Assembly: GCA_963812015.1 (NCBI GenBank)
Contig: CAWETI010000002.1
Span: 1,152,001 to 1,216,000 of the forward strand
DNA: 64,000 nucleotides
Direction of reading: 5' to 3'
Source of the DNA: an uncultured delta proteobacterium
Lineage (GTDB): Bacteria > Desulfobacterota > Desulfobaccia > Desulfobaccales > 0-14-0-80-60-11
Position 1 is the first letter of the stretch, and every line of letters begins with the position of its first letter. The notes under the pieces are model-generated. The model was not told where the DNA came from. It was given only the letters and a program-made list of their open reading frames with translations, and did no database searches. The position numbers and the translations under genes are program-made. This document shows positions 28,570 through 38,597 of the stretch, piece after piece.

Positions 28570-28848
28570 TTAGAAGTTTCCCCTTACCGCCTCCTGGAGG
28601 ATCAGTTTATCCAGTGTGAGATCCGATACCGCCCGCCTCAGCCGGGTATTCTCTTGCTCCAGGGCCTTGAGGCGCTTGGCCTGCTCTATCTTTAAACCAC
28701 CATACTCCCGGCGCCAGCGATAGAAGGTCTGTTCGGCAATACCCAGGGTTCGGCAAACCTGGCCCACCGTCTCCCCCTGGGCCAAGGCCACCTCTGCTTC
28801 CCGCAACTTCCCAATGATCTGCTCCGGCGTATAACGCTTCCTGCTCAT
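28570..28848 (-). CDS. IS3 transposase OrfA; G_GGA_AAC -1 frameshift signal at 28576-28582
   Basis: [28 protein letters not shown]. Confidence 0.95.
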   Translation of the reverse strand: MSRKRYTPEQIIGKLREAEVALAQGETVGQVCRTLGIAEQTFYRWRREYGGLKIEQAKRLKALEQENTRLRRAVSDLTLDKLILQEAVRGNF

Positions 28849-29125
28849 CTCCCTGCCTCCCTTCGATCCACTACTCTAACTTAACATGTGGATCAGTTTT
28901 TGGGGGGCAGGTCATGCCATGACTATGAACTTATCACTTCGCCAAAAACTTCCCATATCCTGACCATGAACTAAACGCTTCGCGTGGGGTAGGCCTACCG
29001 ACTCCATGGTCATAATCAAGCATTAGACCGCAGTCCTTGCAAAAGCAAAATCTCACCTTTTTTTCTCGTAATCCAAAATACTTACGTGCAGTTTTCTCCT
29101 TAAACCCCAAACCAGGAGGAAAACT

Positions 29126-29880
29126 ATGGGAAAGCTACACGACCGGATGAAAGAGGATTTGCTCCTCAAGGCCTACAGTCCTCACACCCAGAGTGCATAC
29201 CGGCGCTGCGCCCGCCATTTCGCCAGCCACTGCATGAGATCCCCGCAGGAGATGGGGGAGCAGAAGATTCGCGGCTTCCTCCTCCACCTGGTCCGGGATC
29301 GTAAAGCCTCCCCGGCAACGCTGGACATGTGCGTCAACGCCCTCAAGTTCCTCTACAACATCACCCTCAAACGACCCGAGCTAGTAAAAGATCTCTCCCA
29401 TCCCAAACGCCCTAAAACCCTCCCGGTAATTCTCAGCCCGGCAGAAGTGCTCAGAATCTTTGCGGCAATCCGCTCGCTTAAGTACAAAGCCATCATCGCC
29501 GCCGCCTATGCGGCCGGGCTTAGGATCTCCGAAGTATGCGGACTGCGGATCGCCGATATTGACAGCCAGAGGATGCGTATTCATAGCCGCTCAGGGAAGG
29601 GTCAGAAAGATCGCTCTGTCATGTTGGGAGAGAGCCCCCTGGCCCTGTTGCGCCAGTACTACCAGGCAGCCCGGCCGCAAGGAGAGTATCTGTTCCCGGG
29701 ACCGGAACCCCAGCGTCATATCACCCCACCGCCGTGCGTCAGGTTTTGCGGAAGGTCATCCGGGAGACGGCTTTGTCGCAGAAGGTCACCATGCACACCT
29801 TGCGCCACTGCTTTGCCACCCTGGAGGCCGGCACCGACATCCGCATCCTGCAGGTTCTCCTGGGCCACAGCTCAATCCGC
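29126..29880 (+). pseudogene. Tyrosine recombinase/integrase (IS91-associated type), frameshifted and truncated
   Basis: YAAGLRISE, GKGQKDR, then in another frame HTLRHCFAT..LLGHSS; frameshift near 29725; catalytic Tyr missing. Confidence 0.85.
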
Positions 29881-30270
29881 TGGCCCGGTTCAATCCAGAA
29901 TTCGTCTTCAATCTTCTGTTTGCGGCCGGCCTCCCAAGCCTTCCGGCAATTTGCCCAGGACTACGAGCGCCTGGGGGCTCAGGTCGGTTTTACCGCCGTA
30001 CTGCACACCTGGGATCAGGAGCTCAATTCCCATCACCATCTGCACCTCGTAGTAACGGGTGGAGGGCTCAGTGAAGATGGCGAGAGGTGGCTTGCCTCCG
30101 GCAACAGTTTCCTGCACCCCGTCAGGGCGCTCTCGAAGATTGTTCGGGCGAAATTTATGGAGGGCATCGAGAAGACTTTCCGTGAAGGCAGACTGCAGGG
30201 CAAGGTTCAAGATCTGGAAGGCCCGGTGCAGTTCCAGCGTTTCTCCAGGAAGCTCAAAGGCCCACAATGG
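29868..30270 (+). pseudogene. Internal fragment of an IS91-family (HUH/Y2) transposase
   Basis: LGAQVGFTAVLHTWDQELNSHHHLHLVVTGGGL...PVRALSKIVRAKF. Confidence 0.85.
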
Positions 30271-30574
30271 GGCGGTGTTGACCTGGGGTCCTTAAGGTCT
30301 GCCGGAGTAAGGTATTCGGGTTCTATGGGCCGGTATGCCCAAAATTCAGGAAAAATTTACTTTTTCAGGGAGATTTGTACTATCATTTTATTGCCAAAAG
30401 GAATCAGATTCAGAACAGAATCATTGGGGGATTTTCCCCTGGCAAAGAGGCCCAAAAGCTATTTTGAAAACTGCGGTGGCCAAGCTTGGCGCATAATTTC
30501 GTTTGAAAAATCATACTGGGATTGCCCAGTCATCCCGATTGAAGGACGCACAAGTCTTGTTAGGGTTACCCCTT

Positions 30575-32386
30575 ATGGATAGAAAGGAAATTCTCCGAGC
30601 TTTTTTTAAGGCAGCCGATTTTGGCCTGGAAATTGGTCCAAGTTATAATCCGGTAGCACCTAAATCCCAAGGCTACAATGTCGAGACCATAGATTATACG
30701 TCTGCTGCAAATCTCAGAGAAAAATATAAAGATGACACCGTAGACATATCACTGATTGAAGAAGTTGATTATGTGTCTGATGGGCAAACAATTTCAGATA
30801 TAATAAAGAACAAATATTACGATTATATATTAGCCTCGCATGTTATAGAACATATTCCGGATATAATTGGCTTTTTTAAAGATTGTGAATCTCTTTTGAA
30901 AGAAGATGCCGTGCTCATCCTTGCCATCCCTGATAAAAGATATTGTTTTGATATATTTAAACCGTTGAGCAGCACCGGCGATGTTTTACAAGCTTATTTC
31001 GAACAGCGAACTATGCATCCCCTTGGGAAATTTTTTGATGACGTGGCTTATAGCGCCTCTTGCAATGGAGGCATTACTTGGTCTGAAGACACTTTCGCTT
31101 CTCCAGAATTGATGTATAGTATCACGGAAGCGACCATAAAAGGGAAAAACCTAATAAATTCAAATAAATATGATGATATACATGGATGGCATTTCACCCC
31201 TGACAGCTTCCGTCTGATTATTAATGACTTATATCAAGCCGGCTATATCACATTAAAAGAGAAAGATTTTCATGATACATTAGGCTGTGAGTTCTTTATC
31301 ACATTGTCTCGATCCGGGACCGGTTGCCCGGTGGATCGAAAAGTATTGCTGGAGAACCTGTATCTTAATAAATCACAGTTATCAATAAAACGTATTACCG
31401 GTGACCTTTCAAATAAAAGAATTTCTGTGGTGATACCAGTTTATAATGGATTAAGATACATTGAAGAAGCAATAAAAAGTGCTGTAAATCAGACTCTGTC
31501 CGCTCATGAAGTAATAGTCGTTGATGATGGTTCAACCGACGATTCTGCTCTTCTCATAGAAGAACTATCTACGAAATACCCCATAAAATTTTTTAGAAAA
31601 GCAAATGGCGGGCAGTCATCAGCAAGAAATTATGGTGTACAGGTGTGCAGTGGGGATTTAATTGCGCTCCTGGATCAGGACGATGTCTGGTACCCGAATC
31701 ATCTTGAAGAATTATTAGTGCCTTATTTAGAAAGACATGACCATGAAATTGGCTGGGTCTATAGCAATACGGATAAAATAGGTCCTCGGGGTGAATTAAT
31801 TAGTAAAGATTTTTTAAAAGACTTGCCGGGTACTCACCCAAAGACATCAATTTCCCAATGTTTGACCGGTGATATGTTGGTGCTCCCATCAGCTACCCTG
31901 ATGTCCAAGAAAGCCTTCAATGAGGTAGGCGGATTTGATGAAAGATTGTGTGGATATGAAGATGACGATTTATTCTTGCGCATCTTTCATAAAGGATATG
32001 CTAATATTTTTATAAATAAAGCATTACTACAATGGCGCCATCATGACACAAGATGTTCCCTGAGCAATAAATTTGTAATTAGTCGTATAATTTATGCAAA
32101 AAAACTTTTAGAAAAATATCAACATGATCCTTCAATAGAATTGAAATGCAAGAACGATTTATTAAATAGGTTCATAAACCCTATTTTCGCAGAATATAGC
32201 AGATGGATAGCAAATAATGACAAAGAAAATGCTAAATTAATGTATGAGCATCTTTATGAATTATTTCAATATATGAATTATAGATCAATATTTAAAATTA
32301 AGTATAGGTTATTTTTCTTAAAACACCGATTTATAAAAGCACTTTGCCGACCTTTTTATGAGGCATACCTTATTCTTTTCAGGTAA
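30575..32386 (+). CDS. SAM methyltransferase + GT2 glycosyltransferase fusion
   Basis: GLEIGP, ASHVIEHIPD; SVVIPVYN, VVDDGSTD, LDQDDVW, GGFDE; AT-rich; alternative TTG start at 30503. Confidence 0.88.
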   Translation: MDRKEILRAFFKAADFGLEIGPSYNPVAPKSQGYNVETIDYTSAANLREKYKDDTVDISLIEEVDYVSDGQTISDIIKNKYYDYILASHVIEHIPDIIGFFKDCESLLKEDAVLILAIPDKRYCFDIFKPLSSTGDVLQAYFEQRTMHPLGKFFDDVAYSASCNGGITWSEDTFASPELMYSITEATIKGKNLINSNKYDDIHGWHFTPDSFRLIINDLYQAGYITLKEKDFHDTLGCEFFITLSRSGTGCPVDRKVLLENLYLNKSQLSIKRITGDLSNKRISVVIPVYNGLRYIEEAIKSAVNQTLSAHEVIVVDDGSTDDSALLIEELSTKYPIKFFRKANGGQSSARNYGVQVCSGDLIALLDQDDVWYPNHLEELLVPYLERHDHEIGWVYSNTDKIGPRGELISKDFLKDLPGTHPKTSISQCLTGDMLVLPSATLMSKKAFNEVGGFDERLCGYEDDDLFLRIFHKGYANIFINKALLQWRHHDTRCSLSNKFVISRIIYAKKLLEKYQHDPSIELKCKNDLLNRFINPIFAEYSRWIANNDKENAKLMYEHLYELFQYMNYRSIFKIKYRLFFLKHRFIKALCRPFYEAYLILFR

Positions 32387-32595
32387 CTTTCTTTTTTTCG
32401 TAACTATATATACTAAAAACATTTTCCTTATTAAGGATAGCCTTGCCGAATACATCGTGGGTAGATATGAGTAGCTATAGCCCCAATGGATGTAAAATCT
32501 ACTTTCGATGCAGTATCGGTTGCGCCAAAGATAAGAAATATAACCCTTATATATTCGCCCAGTGATTATTAGATAAACTCTAAGGACGCTTATCT

Positions 32596-33882
32596 ATGGC
32601 ATTGGTCATAAAAGCATTGAAAGTATTCTTTATCGAAGGACCTATCGTCTTTCTAAAAAAATCTTTTAATTTTTGTCGAAGCTGGTTTTCTGGCCTGCCT
32701 CCAGGCAACCTTAATCCAACCCTCCCTGATTTTATTGTAGACTATCTAAGCGAGGCCATTGGAAAGAACATAGATGAGAGGCTCAGACCAACCGACAAGA
32801 GCAAGATAATTATTAATTGGATTATTCCCGAGGTAAGCATTGGTTCCGGGGGACATAACGTAATTTTTACGATGGTCAGGTTTTTGGAAAAGTTTGGCCA
32901 TCATAACAGAATATACTTATTTGGGAAGTCAGAACATGGCTCAAGTGGTGAACTTAAGAACGTTATTGGCGATAATTTTTGTAAATTAGAGGCAGAGGTT
33001 TACAATAATATTGGTGATATCAAAGATAGCGATGTTTTAATTGCTACTTCTTGGCCAACTGCCTATCCGGTTAAATCCATTCAAAATACCAAGAGAAAGT
33101 TTTACTTTGTCCAAGACTTCGAGCCATGGTTTTATCCTATGGGCTCAGAATATAAAATGGCTGAGAATACTTATAAATTCGGGTTTTTCGCAATTTGTCT
33201 CGGCCCCTGGCTGGCGAAAACCATTACAGAAAACTATGGCATGGCTGCTGACTTTTTTAACTTAGCTTACGATCCTGAGATCTATCGGTCTCAACAGCTT
33301 TATCTACCTATTATTTTAGAAAACAGAGCTGGAGATAATTTCAAAACAACTATTGCTATCAACGATATTAAGAAGCCGAAAATTATTTGTTATGGTAGGC
33401 CGGTTACGCCCCGTCGCTGTTTTGAATTGATAGTTCACAGTCTTAAAGAACTTCATAAAAGAGGACTTGATTTTGATTTAAGTTTTTTTGGATGGGATCT
33501 GGCGCCATATTCCATGCCTTTTAAATTTCGCAATTTAAGAATTTTAGCTCCTGAGGATTTGGCGAAGCTTTACAATTGGGCTGATTTAGGAGTGGTCTTT
33601 TCCCCCACCAATTGTTCACTTTTGCCCCACGAAATGATGGCTTGCAAGCTGCCGGTCTTGGAGCTGAAAGGGCCGACTACTGAAGCAATTTTTAAAGATG
33701 GATACAATATCACTTTGGCGGAACCCAATCCGATCTCCATCGCTGATAACATTGATTATTTATTACGAAATCCTGACAAAAGGCGGGAGATAGCGGAGAA
33801 TGCTTACGAATATGTGAGACAGTTTTCTTGGGAAAAGTCTGCTAAGAAAGTTGAAGCAATTTTAAAAAAGGAGTTAACTTGA
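32596..33882 (+). CDS. GT4 glycosyltransferase, WsaF rhamnosyltransferase-like
   Basis: GSGGH, ATSWPTAY, YFVQDFEPWFYPMGSEY, SPTNCSLLPHEMMAC. Confidence 0.88.
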   Translation: MALVIKALKVFFIEGPIVFLKKSFNFCRSWFSGLPPGNLNPTLPDFIVDYLSEAIGKNIDERLRPTDKSKIIINWIIPEVSIGSGGHNVIFTMVRFLEKFGHHNRIYLFGKSEHGSSGELKNVIGDNFCKLEAEVYNNIGDIKDSDVLIATSWPTAYPVKSIQNTKRKFYFVQDFEPWFYPMGSEYKMAENTYKFGFFAICLGPWLAKTITENYGMAADFFNLAYDPEIYRSQQLYLPIILENRAGDNFKTTIAINDIKKPKIICYGRPVTPRRCFELIVHSLKELHKRGLDFDLSFFGWDLAPYSMPFKFRNLRILAPEDLAKLYNWADLGVVFSPTNCSLLPHEMMACKLPVLELKGPTTEAIFKDGYNITLAEPNPISIADNIDYLLRNPDKRREIAENAYEYVRQFSWEKSAKKVEAILKKELT

Positions 33883-34149
33883 GTTTTAGAAGAAGCGCAA
33901 ATCTCCTTGGCTCACTTGAACCAAGAGGCAGATTCTATAAGTGAAGATCACTGCTATGATTAGAAACTTATCAAGCTGTTGAAAATTCAAGGTCTCCACA
34001 TCATATCAAACCTTTTTGGCCAAGAGATTTGCTTGGGTTCTCTCTCTGCCCTCTTGCCTTATTCTGCCCCAGACTCCGGACAATTTTCCCCCGCATAAAT
34101 CTTCCAGTTGCGATATACGGTGTGGTTTGCCCTTTCTCCCAACGCCTCT

Positions 34150-35445
34150 TCAAAAAATCCAGTTGGCATGCCGGGAGGTTACGTCCTTGAGGAAATCCCA
34201 AATCCATTCAGCCACTGCGGGCGACAGATAAAAATGTGGCCATAAGAGATTGTCCCCGGGGGTAATCACCCCCTCCGCCAGCGCCTGGTCATAGAGCGCC
34301 GTGTGGGGATAAATCCGGATACCTATGGTCAGGTTCACTATAAAGGGGTTGTAGCGTTCCAGCAGTTCGACGCTTTCCTGCACGGTGGCCGGCGTCTCCC
34401 CCGGCCCCCCCATCATCAGAAAGCAGTTGTAACTCAAACCGGCCCGCTGGAGGAGTTGGAAAGTCTCTTCCACTTGGCGCCGGCTAAAGCCCTTCCCCAG
34501 ATTGGTTAACACCAGGTCGGAGCCGCTTTCGTTCCCCACCTGCACCCGTTCACACCCCGCCTCCCGGATCAGGTGAAACAGTTCTTCATCCGGGTAGGCC
34601 GGATTGATCAGGCAGTTCCACTCCAGGGGCAGGTGCAGTTGTTGGATGGCCCGGCACAGGCGGCGGGCATACTCCAGAGGGTGATTAAAGACATTGTCGA
34701 CGAAATAAAACCGTCGTAGGCCCCACCGATGATAGCCGGTGGCCATGAACGCGGCCACCTGCTCGGGGGAACGAGTGCGCACCTGCGTGCCTTCCAGGCG
34801 GGCCGTGGTGCAATACCGGCAGCGCCGGGGACAGCCGCGGCGGCTCTGGATGGTGATCACCCCCGGCAGCTTGGCGCTGCCAACGGCTTCATGGTATTGT
34901 TGGGGGGTGAAATATTCCAGGGCCGGATCCGGCAATGCGTCTAGATTCCTTATTGGTTGTGAGGGATTTTCCTGCCAGCGCCCCTGCGCCTGCCAGACCA
35001 ACCCCGGAATTGTGGTCCACGCGCCCATGGGATAGGATTCCACCAGGGCCCGGAAGCTGAGTTCACCCTCCCCCACAATACCCATATCGGCCTTGAGGTA
35101 ATCCAGCAACTCTTTTGGGTAGATGCTGAAGGCACTGCCACCCAGCACCAGGGGAGCCTCCGTGTGGATTCGGAGCCACCGGCTAAACGCTTGGGCCTCG
35201 GGAAAGAAAAATTCTGGGAAACAGCTATCCTGGTTGTCAATATTGCGCAGTGATAGGGCGATGAGCTCCGGCTGGAATTCTTCCAGGACGTCCAGAACTT
35301 TTTGCCGAGTGTCGGGTTCAAACATGAAGTCTATGACTCTGAAAGGATGTCCTGGCCCCAGAGAGGCCACGAGCGAAGCCAAGCCCAGGGGAAAGGGCGG
35401 CATGAGGAGGCGTGAGCTGTTAAAAGAAATACATAACACTCGCAC
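34150..35445 (-). CDS. Cobalamin-binding radical SAM protein
   Basis: N-terminal PLGLASL..SLRNID; SRRGCPRRCRYC; FVDNVFN; GNESGS. Confidence 0.9.
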   Translation of the reverse strand: MRVLCISFNSSRLLMPPFPLGLASLVASLGPGHPFRVIDFMFEPDTRQKVLDVLEEFQPELIALSLRNIDNQDSCFPEFFFPEAQAFSRWLRIHTEAPLVLGGSAFSIYPKELLDYLKADMGIVGEGELSFRALVESYPMGAWTTIPGLVWQAQGRWQENPSQPIRNLDALPDPALEYFTPQQYHEAVGSAKLPGVITIQSRRGCPRRCRYCTTARLEGTQVRTRSPEQVAAFMATGYHRWGLRRFYFVDNVFNHPLEYARRLCRAIQQLHLPLEWNCLINPAYPDEELFHLIREAGCERVQVGNESGSDLVLTNLGKGFSRRQVEETFQLLQRAGLSYNCFLMMGGPGETPATVQESVELLERYNPFIVNLTIGIRIYPHTALYDQALAEGVITPGDNLLWPHFYLSPAVAEWIWDFLKDVTSRHANWIF

Positions 35446-35704
35446 GAGCAGGTCTCCTGTTTAAATGAGGGTGGGAGTTAATTGTTCCCTACCGTTCTTG
35501 TTTTACTATAATATTCTCTGTTCGTGGAATCTCTTCCTCTCCGGAGCCCCTTTTCGATATGCAGATCATATCCGTCACCTCTCGGGCTTTGGGTATACCT
35601 GTCGATCCTGGCAAGATATTTGGAGGAGCCTGGTGGTCGGTAGAGCCGACGAATAGAGGGGTATCGACTTCCAGGATGTACGGCTCTTCCATGGACCCTG
35701 ACCA

Positions 35705-35733
35705 TTGACTTCGCTTGCCGACTATGGGATATT
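35705..35733 (+). promoter_or_regulatory. sigma70-type promoter of the cyclase operon leader
   Basis: TTGACT-17bp-GATATT with extended TG. Confidence 0.5.
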
Positions 35734-35739
35734 GCTAAC

Positions 35740-35834
35740 GAAGAATCAGCCCTATTGCCAAAGGGTCGCCATGATTTGAGGGTTCTGCGCGGATAGCCGA
35801 GTCGCCTGGATAAAGGTCTCTCGGCTTTTTCTTT
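35740..35834 (+). promoter_or_regulatory. GEMM-I (c-di-GMP/cGAMP) riboswitch-like leader with an overlapping terminator
   Basis: GATTTGAGGGTTC-loop-GGATAGCCGAGTCGCC resembles the GEMM-I 3' half; terminator AGCCGAG...CTCGGCT-TTTTCTTT; 5' half is non-canonical. Confidence 0.5.
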
Positions 35835-35943
35835 CCATCAACTGAATATACTGGATCCCGCCGTACGATTTTAGGAAATCATCAATGCCAAGCAAGTTGC
35901 AAGGCGCCTTGCCGGATATGAACTGCAAGTCAGGGCCTCCGGG

Positions 35944-37842
35944 TTGCAAAGCGTGAGAAAAAAATTTCTTTACGGCATCTTGCTGGTGGTCCTTTTAGGG
36001 ATAGGGACCGAGGTGGCAATCCGGGGGGAGTGGCTATGGTCGGCGGAGGACTGGTATTATGACCTCTGGCATCAATTGGCCGGCCGGCGATATGAGCCCC
36101 AGCATGTGGTCATCGCGGCTATTGATGACCAGACCCGGCTGGAGCACCAGGACGAGCCCCTGGTGTTCTGGAGCCCCCACTTTGCTCGAGCGATCGCAGT
36201 GTTGCGACAGGTGGGGGCCAAGGTTATCGGCCTGGATTTTCTCTTTTCCGTCAGCGCTGAATCTTGGCTGAAAAGATTGAAATTGCCGGAAAGCGACCAG
36301 AGCCGCACCTACGACCTGCCTTTCAGGGCACAACTGGCCGCCGGCAAGACCATACTGGCGGCAGAAAAGATTGCAGAGACGCAGGGCAAGGCTAAAATCC
36401 TCCTGCCTCTCCCTGATTATTGGGGCTCACTGCCGGAACAACTGGAGGACGTGGGGTTAGTCAATTTCTTCCATGACCCTGATGGGGTGATCCGCCGGTT
36501 TCTAACCGCCATCCCCACGGATGCAGGCGAGAGCTGGGTCACTTTTGCCGCTCTCCTGGCGGAGCGGGCGGCGCCCGGGGACAGCGCCCGCATCTGTCCG
36601 CCCCTTTCACGCATCGGGTTTAGCGGCCCCCCCGGCACTGTCCCCCGGGTCTCTTTCCGGCGTTTGCTCAGTCCCGGGGCGGAATCTGATCCCCAAATCC
36701 AGGGCCTCAAGGATAAAATTATCATCATTGCCTATGAACCGACGGGAGTTCAAGACATTCATCAGACCCCGTATAGCCGCGGGTTTATGAATTTATCGGC
36801 TCGCTTTATGAGCGGCCCGGAAGTCCACGCCAACATCGCAGAGACCCTCCTGACGGGAAGGTTTCCCCGGCCGGTTTCCACCCCCGGGCGCCTGCTTTAC
36901 CTGATTATAGGTCTGAGTGTGGGGACCGCGGCGTTCTACAAACTTTCTCCCCGTCAGGGGTTGGCGGCCCTGGGTCTGCTGGCAGTTATGGTGGCGGTCT
37001 TCGCCTACCTGTGGTTTCGCAGCTACTGGCTGATGCCCGTTGCCGCTCCCCAACTGGGCCTATTGATAAGTTACCTGGGGGTCCTGGGCCTGAGGCTCAT
37101 GGGGGAAGAACGGGAGCGCACCCGAATCCGGCAGATCTTTGGGCGTTACATCTCCGATGAAGTGGTGGAGAAGCTTCTGACTTCCGGCAAACAACCCAAT
37201 CTCGGAGGGGAGGCGGTGACGGTGACGGTCCTGTTTTCCGACATCCGGAATTTCACGCCGATGTCGGAATCACTGGCCCCCCAGGAAGTGGTGGAGCTGC
37301 TCAATAGCTACTTCAGCCGGGCCTGTGAGCCGATCCTGGAGCAGGGCGGGACAGTGGATAAGTTCATCGGCGATGCGATCATGGCGGTGTTCGGTTCGCC
37401 GGCTCCCCACCCCGACCATGCCCGGCGGGCGATTACTGCGGCCCTGGCCATGGCCGCCGGGGCCTCGGACTTCCGGGCCTGGATAGCCGGGCGTTTTCCC
37501 GACCGGGACTGGCAGGATTTCCAGATCGGTATCGGACTCCATACGGGCGAGGTGGTGGTGGGCAATGTCGGCTCGCCCAAACGCTTCGAATTCACCGCCA
37601 TCGGGGATACCGTCAACATAGCGTCGCGGCTGGAGAGCCTGACCAAAGAGTTAGGCTGGACCATTGTGGCCAGCGCGGATACGATAAAGGCGGCGGGGCC
37701 GGGGGTGGCGACGGGCGGAAGGAAGAAAGTTCGGGTCAAGGGCCGCCAGGAACCGGTGGAGGTCCAGGAGGTGAAAGGTCTAAAGCAAGATAACCTGAGG
37801 AGCATTCCTGACGGAGGGAGCGGTAATGAAGGCCAAACCTAG
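35944..37842 (+). CDS. CHASE2-domain class III adenylate cyclase
   Basis: VVIAAIDD, IGLDFLF, DPDGVIRR, GPEVHANI, 3 TM; LFSDIRNFT, DKFIGDA, FTAIGDTVNIASRLES. Confidence 0.93.
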   Translation: MQSVRKKFLYGILLVVLLGIGTEVAIRGEWLWSAEDWYYDLWHQLAGRRYEPQHVVIAAIDDQTRLEHQDEPLVFWSPHFARAIAVLRQVGAKVIGLDFLFSVSAESWLKRLKLPESDQSRTYDLPFRAQLAAGKTILAAEKIAETQGKAKILLPLPDYWGSLPEQLEDVGLVNFFHDPDGVIRRFLTAIPTDAGESWVTFAALLAERAAPGDSARICPPLSRIGFSGPPGTVPRVSFRRLLSPGAESDPQIQGLKDKIIIIAYEPTGVQDIHQTPYSRGFMNLSARFMSGPEVHANIAETLLTGRFPRPVSTPGRLLYLIIGLSVGTAAFYKLSPRQGLAALGLLAVMVAVFAYLWFRSYWLMPVAAPQLGLLISYLGVLGLRLMGEERERTRIRQIFGRYISDEVVEKLLTSGKQPNLGGEAVTVTVLFSDIRNFTPMSESLAPQEVVELLNSYFSRACEPILEQGGTVDKFIGDAIMAVFGSPAPHPDHARRAITAALAMAAGASDFRAWIAGRFPDRDWQDFQIGIGLHTGEVVVGNVGSPKRFEFTAIGDTVNIASRLESLTKELGWTIVASADTIKAAGPGVATGGRKKVRVKGRQEPVEVQEVKGLKQDNLRSIPDGGSGNEGQT

Positions 37843-38557
37843 CATGAAGCACGCCGGTTTCTTTTGCCTGGCGGGGTTCATTGCCTTTCTGACGGCAACC
37901 GTGGCGGCCCAAACATCCTTGCCGGATGTGGGGCTGATCACCAAACTAACAGGTGAAGCCACCTACTGGAATAAAGGCGATAACAAAGAGCCGACCAAGG
38001 TGCAAGCCTTTATGAAGGTCCGCCAAGGTGACCACCTCAAGCTTCCGGCGGCTGCCTCGCTGACACTTCTCTACTTTGCCAGCGGCCGGCAAGAGACCTG
38101 GAAAGGACCGGCAACTTTAATGGCCGGGGACCAAGAGAGCAGGGTTTTGGGCGGCAAGCAGCCGGCACCCCAGCCGGAGGTGAAGATCTTCCCGGCCAAA
38201 GCCACCAAACAGATGGTAGGGGCGCCGCTGCCTTTGTCCTCTGCCAGTATGAGCAAATCAGGAGTCATTCAGACCATGGGGTCCAGATGCGAGACGGCGC
38301 CCAAGACCGCGGCGCCGCTCTCCAGTGAGGCTCAGAGAGAAATCAAGGAAGCCGAGAAGGTCTACCGAGGGTTAAAGAAAACCGCGGCAGCCGATGATGT
38401 CACTCCGGAACTGTATTTCTTGGGCGTACTGGCCGAATATAACCAGTATCCGGAAATGGCTAAGATGGTGGACGCCATGCTGCAAAAAAGGCCGGGAGAT
38501 GCGGGCCTGAAGGATTTGAAGGCCTGGGTCCGTTCCCAAGCCGCAGCGACGAAATAA
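37826..38557 (+). CDS. Secreted hypothetical protein (FecR-like beta N-domain + helical C-domain)
   Basis: Signal peptide; GLITKLTGEA..FMKVRQGDHL; overlaps the cyclase stop. Confidence 0.7.
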   Translation: MKAKPSMKHAGFFCLAGFIAFLTATVAAQTSLPDVGLITKLTGEATYWNKGDNKEPTKVQAFMKVRQGDHLKLPAAASLTLLYFASGRQETWKGPATLMAGDQESRVLGGKQPAPQPEVKIFPAKATKQMVGAPLPLSSASMSKSGVIQTMGSRCETAPKTAAPLSSEAQREIKEAEKVYRGLKKTAAADDVTPELYFLGVLAEYNQYPEMAKMVDAMLQKRPGDAGLKDLKAWVRSQAAATK

Positions 38558-38597
38558 TAACCGCGAGTTGAAAACCAGTAGGGTCAGGGAGGATAAG

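Larger units (their letters stand above)
27648..28914 (-). mobile_element. IS3-family insertion sequence (IS407-like), 1267 bp
   Basis: Terminal IRs TGACCTGCCCCC at both ends; orfA/orfB; no flanking direct repeat. Confidence 0.95.

Noticed and set aside
29126..30052. Integron integrase or prophage
   Set aside because: Lacks the IntI-specific insertion, attC arrays and phage genes; fits a decayed IS91-associated recombinase
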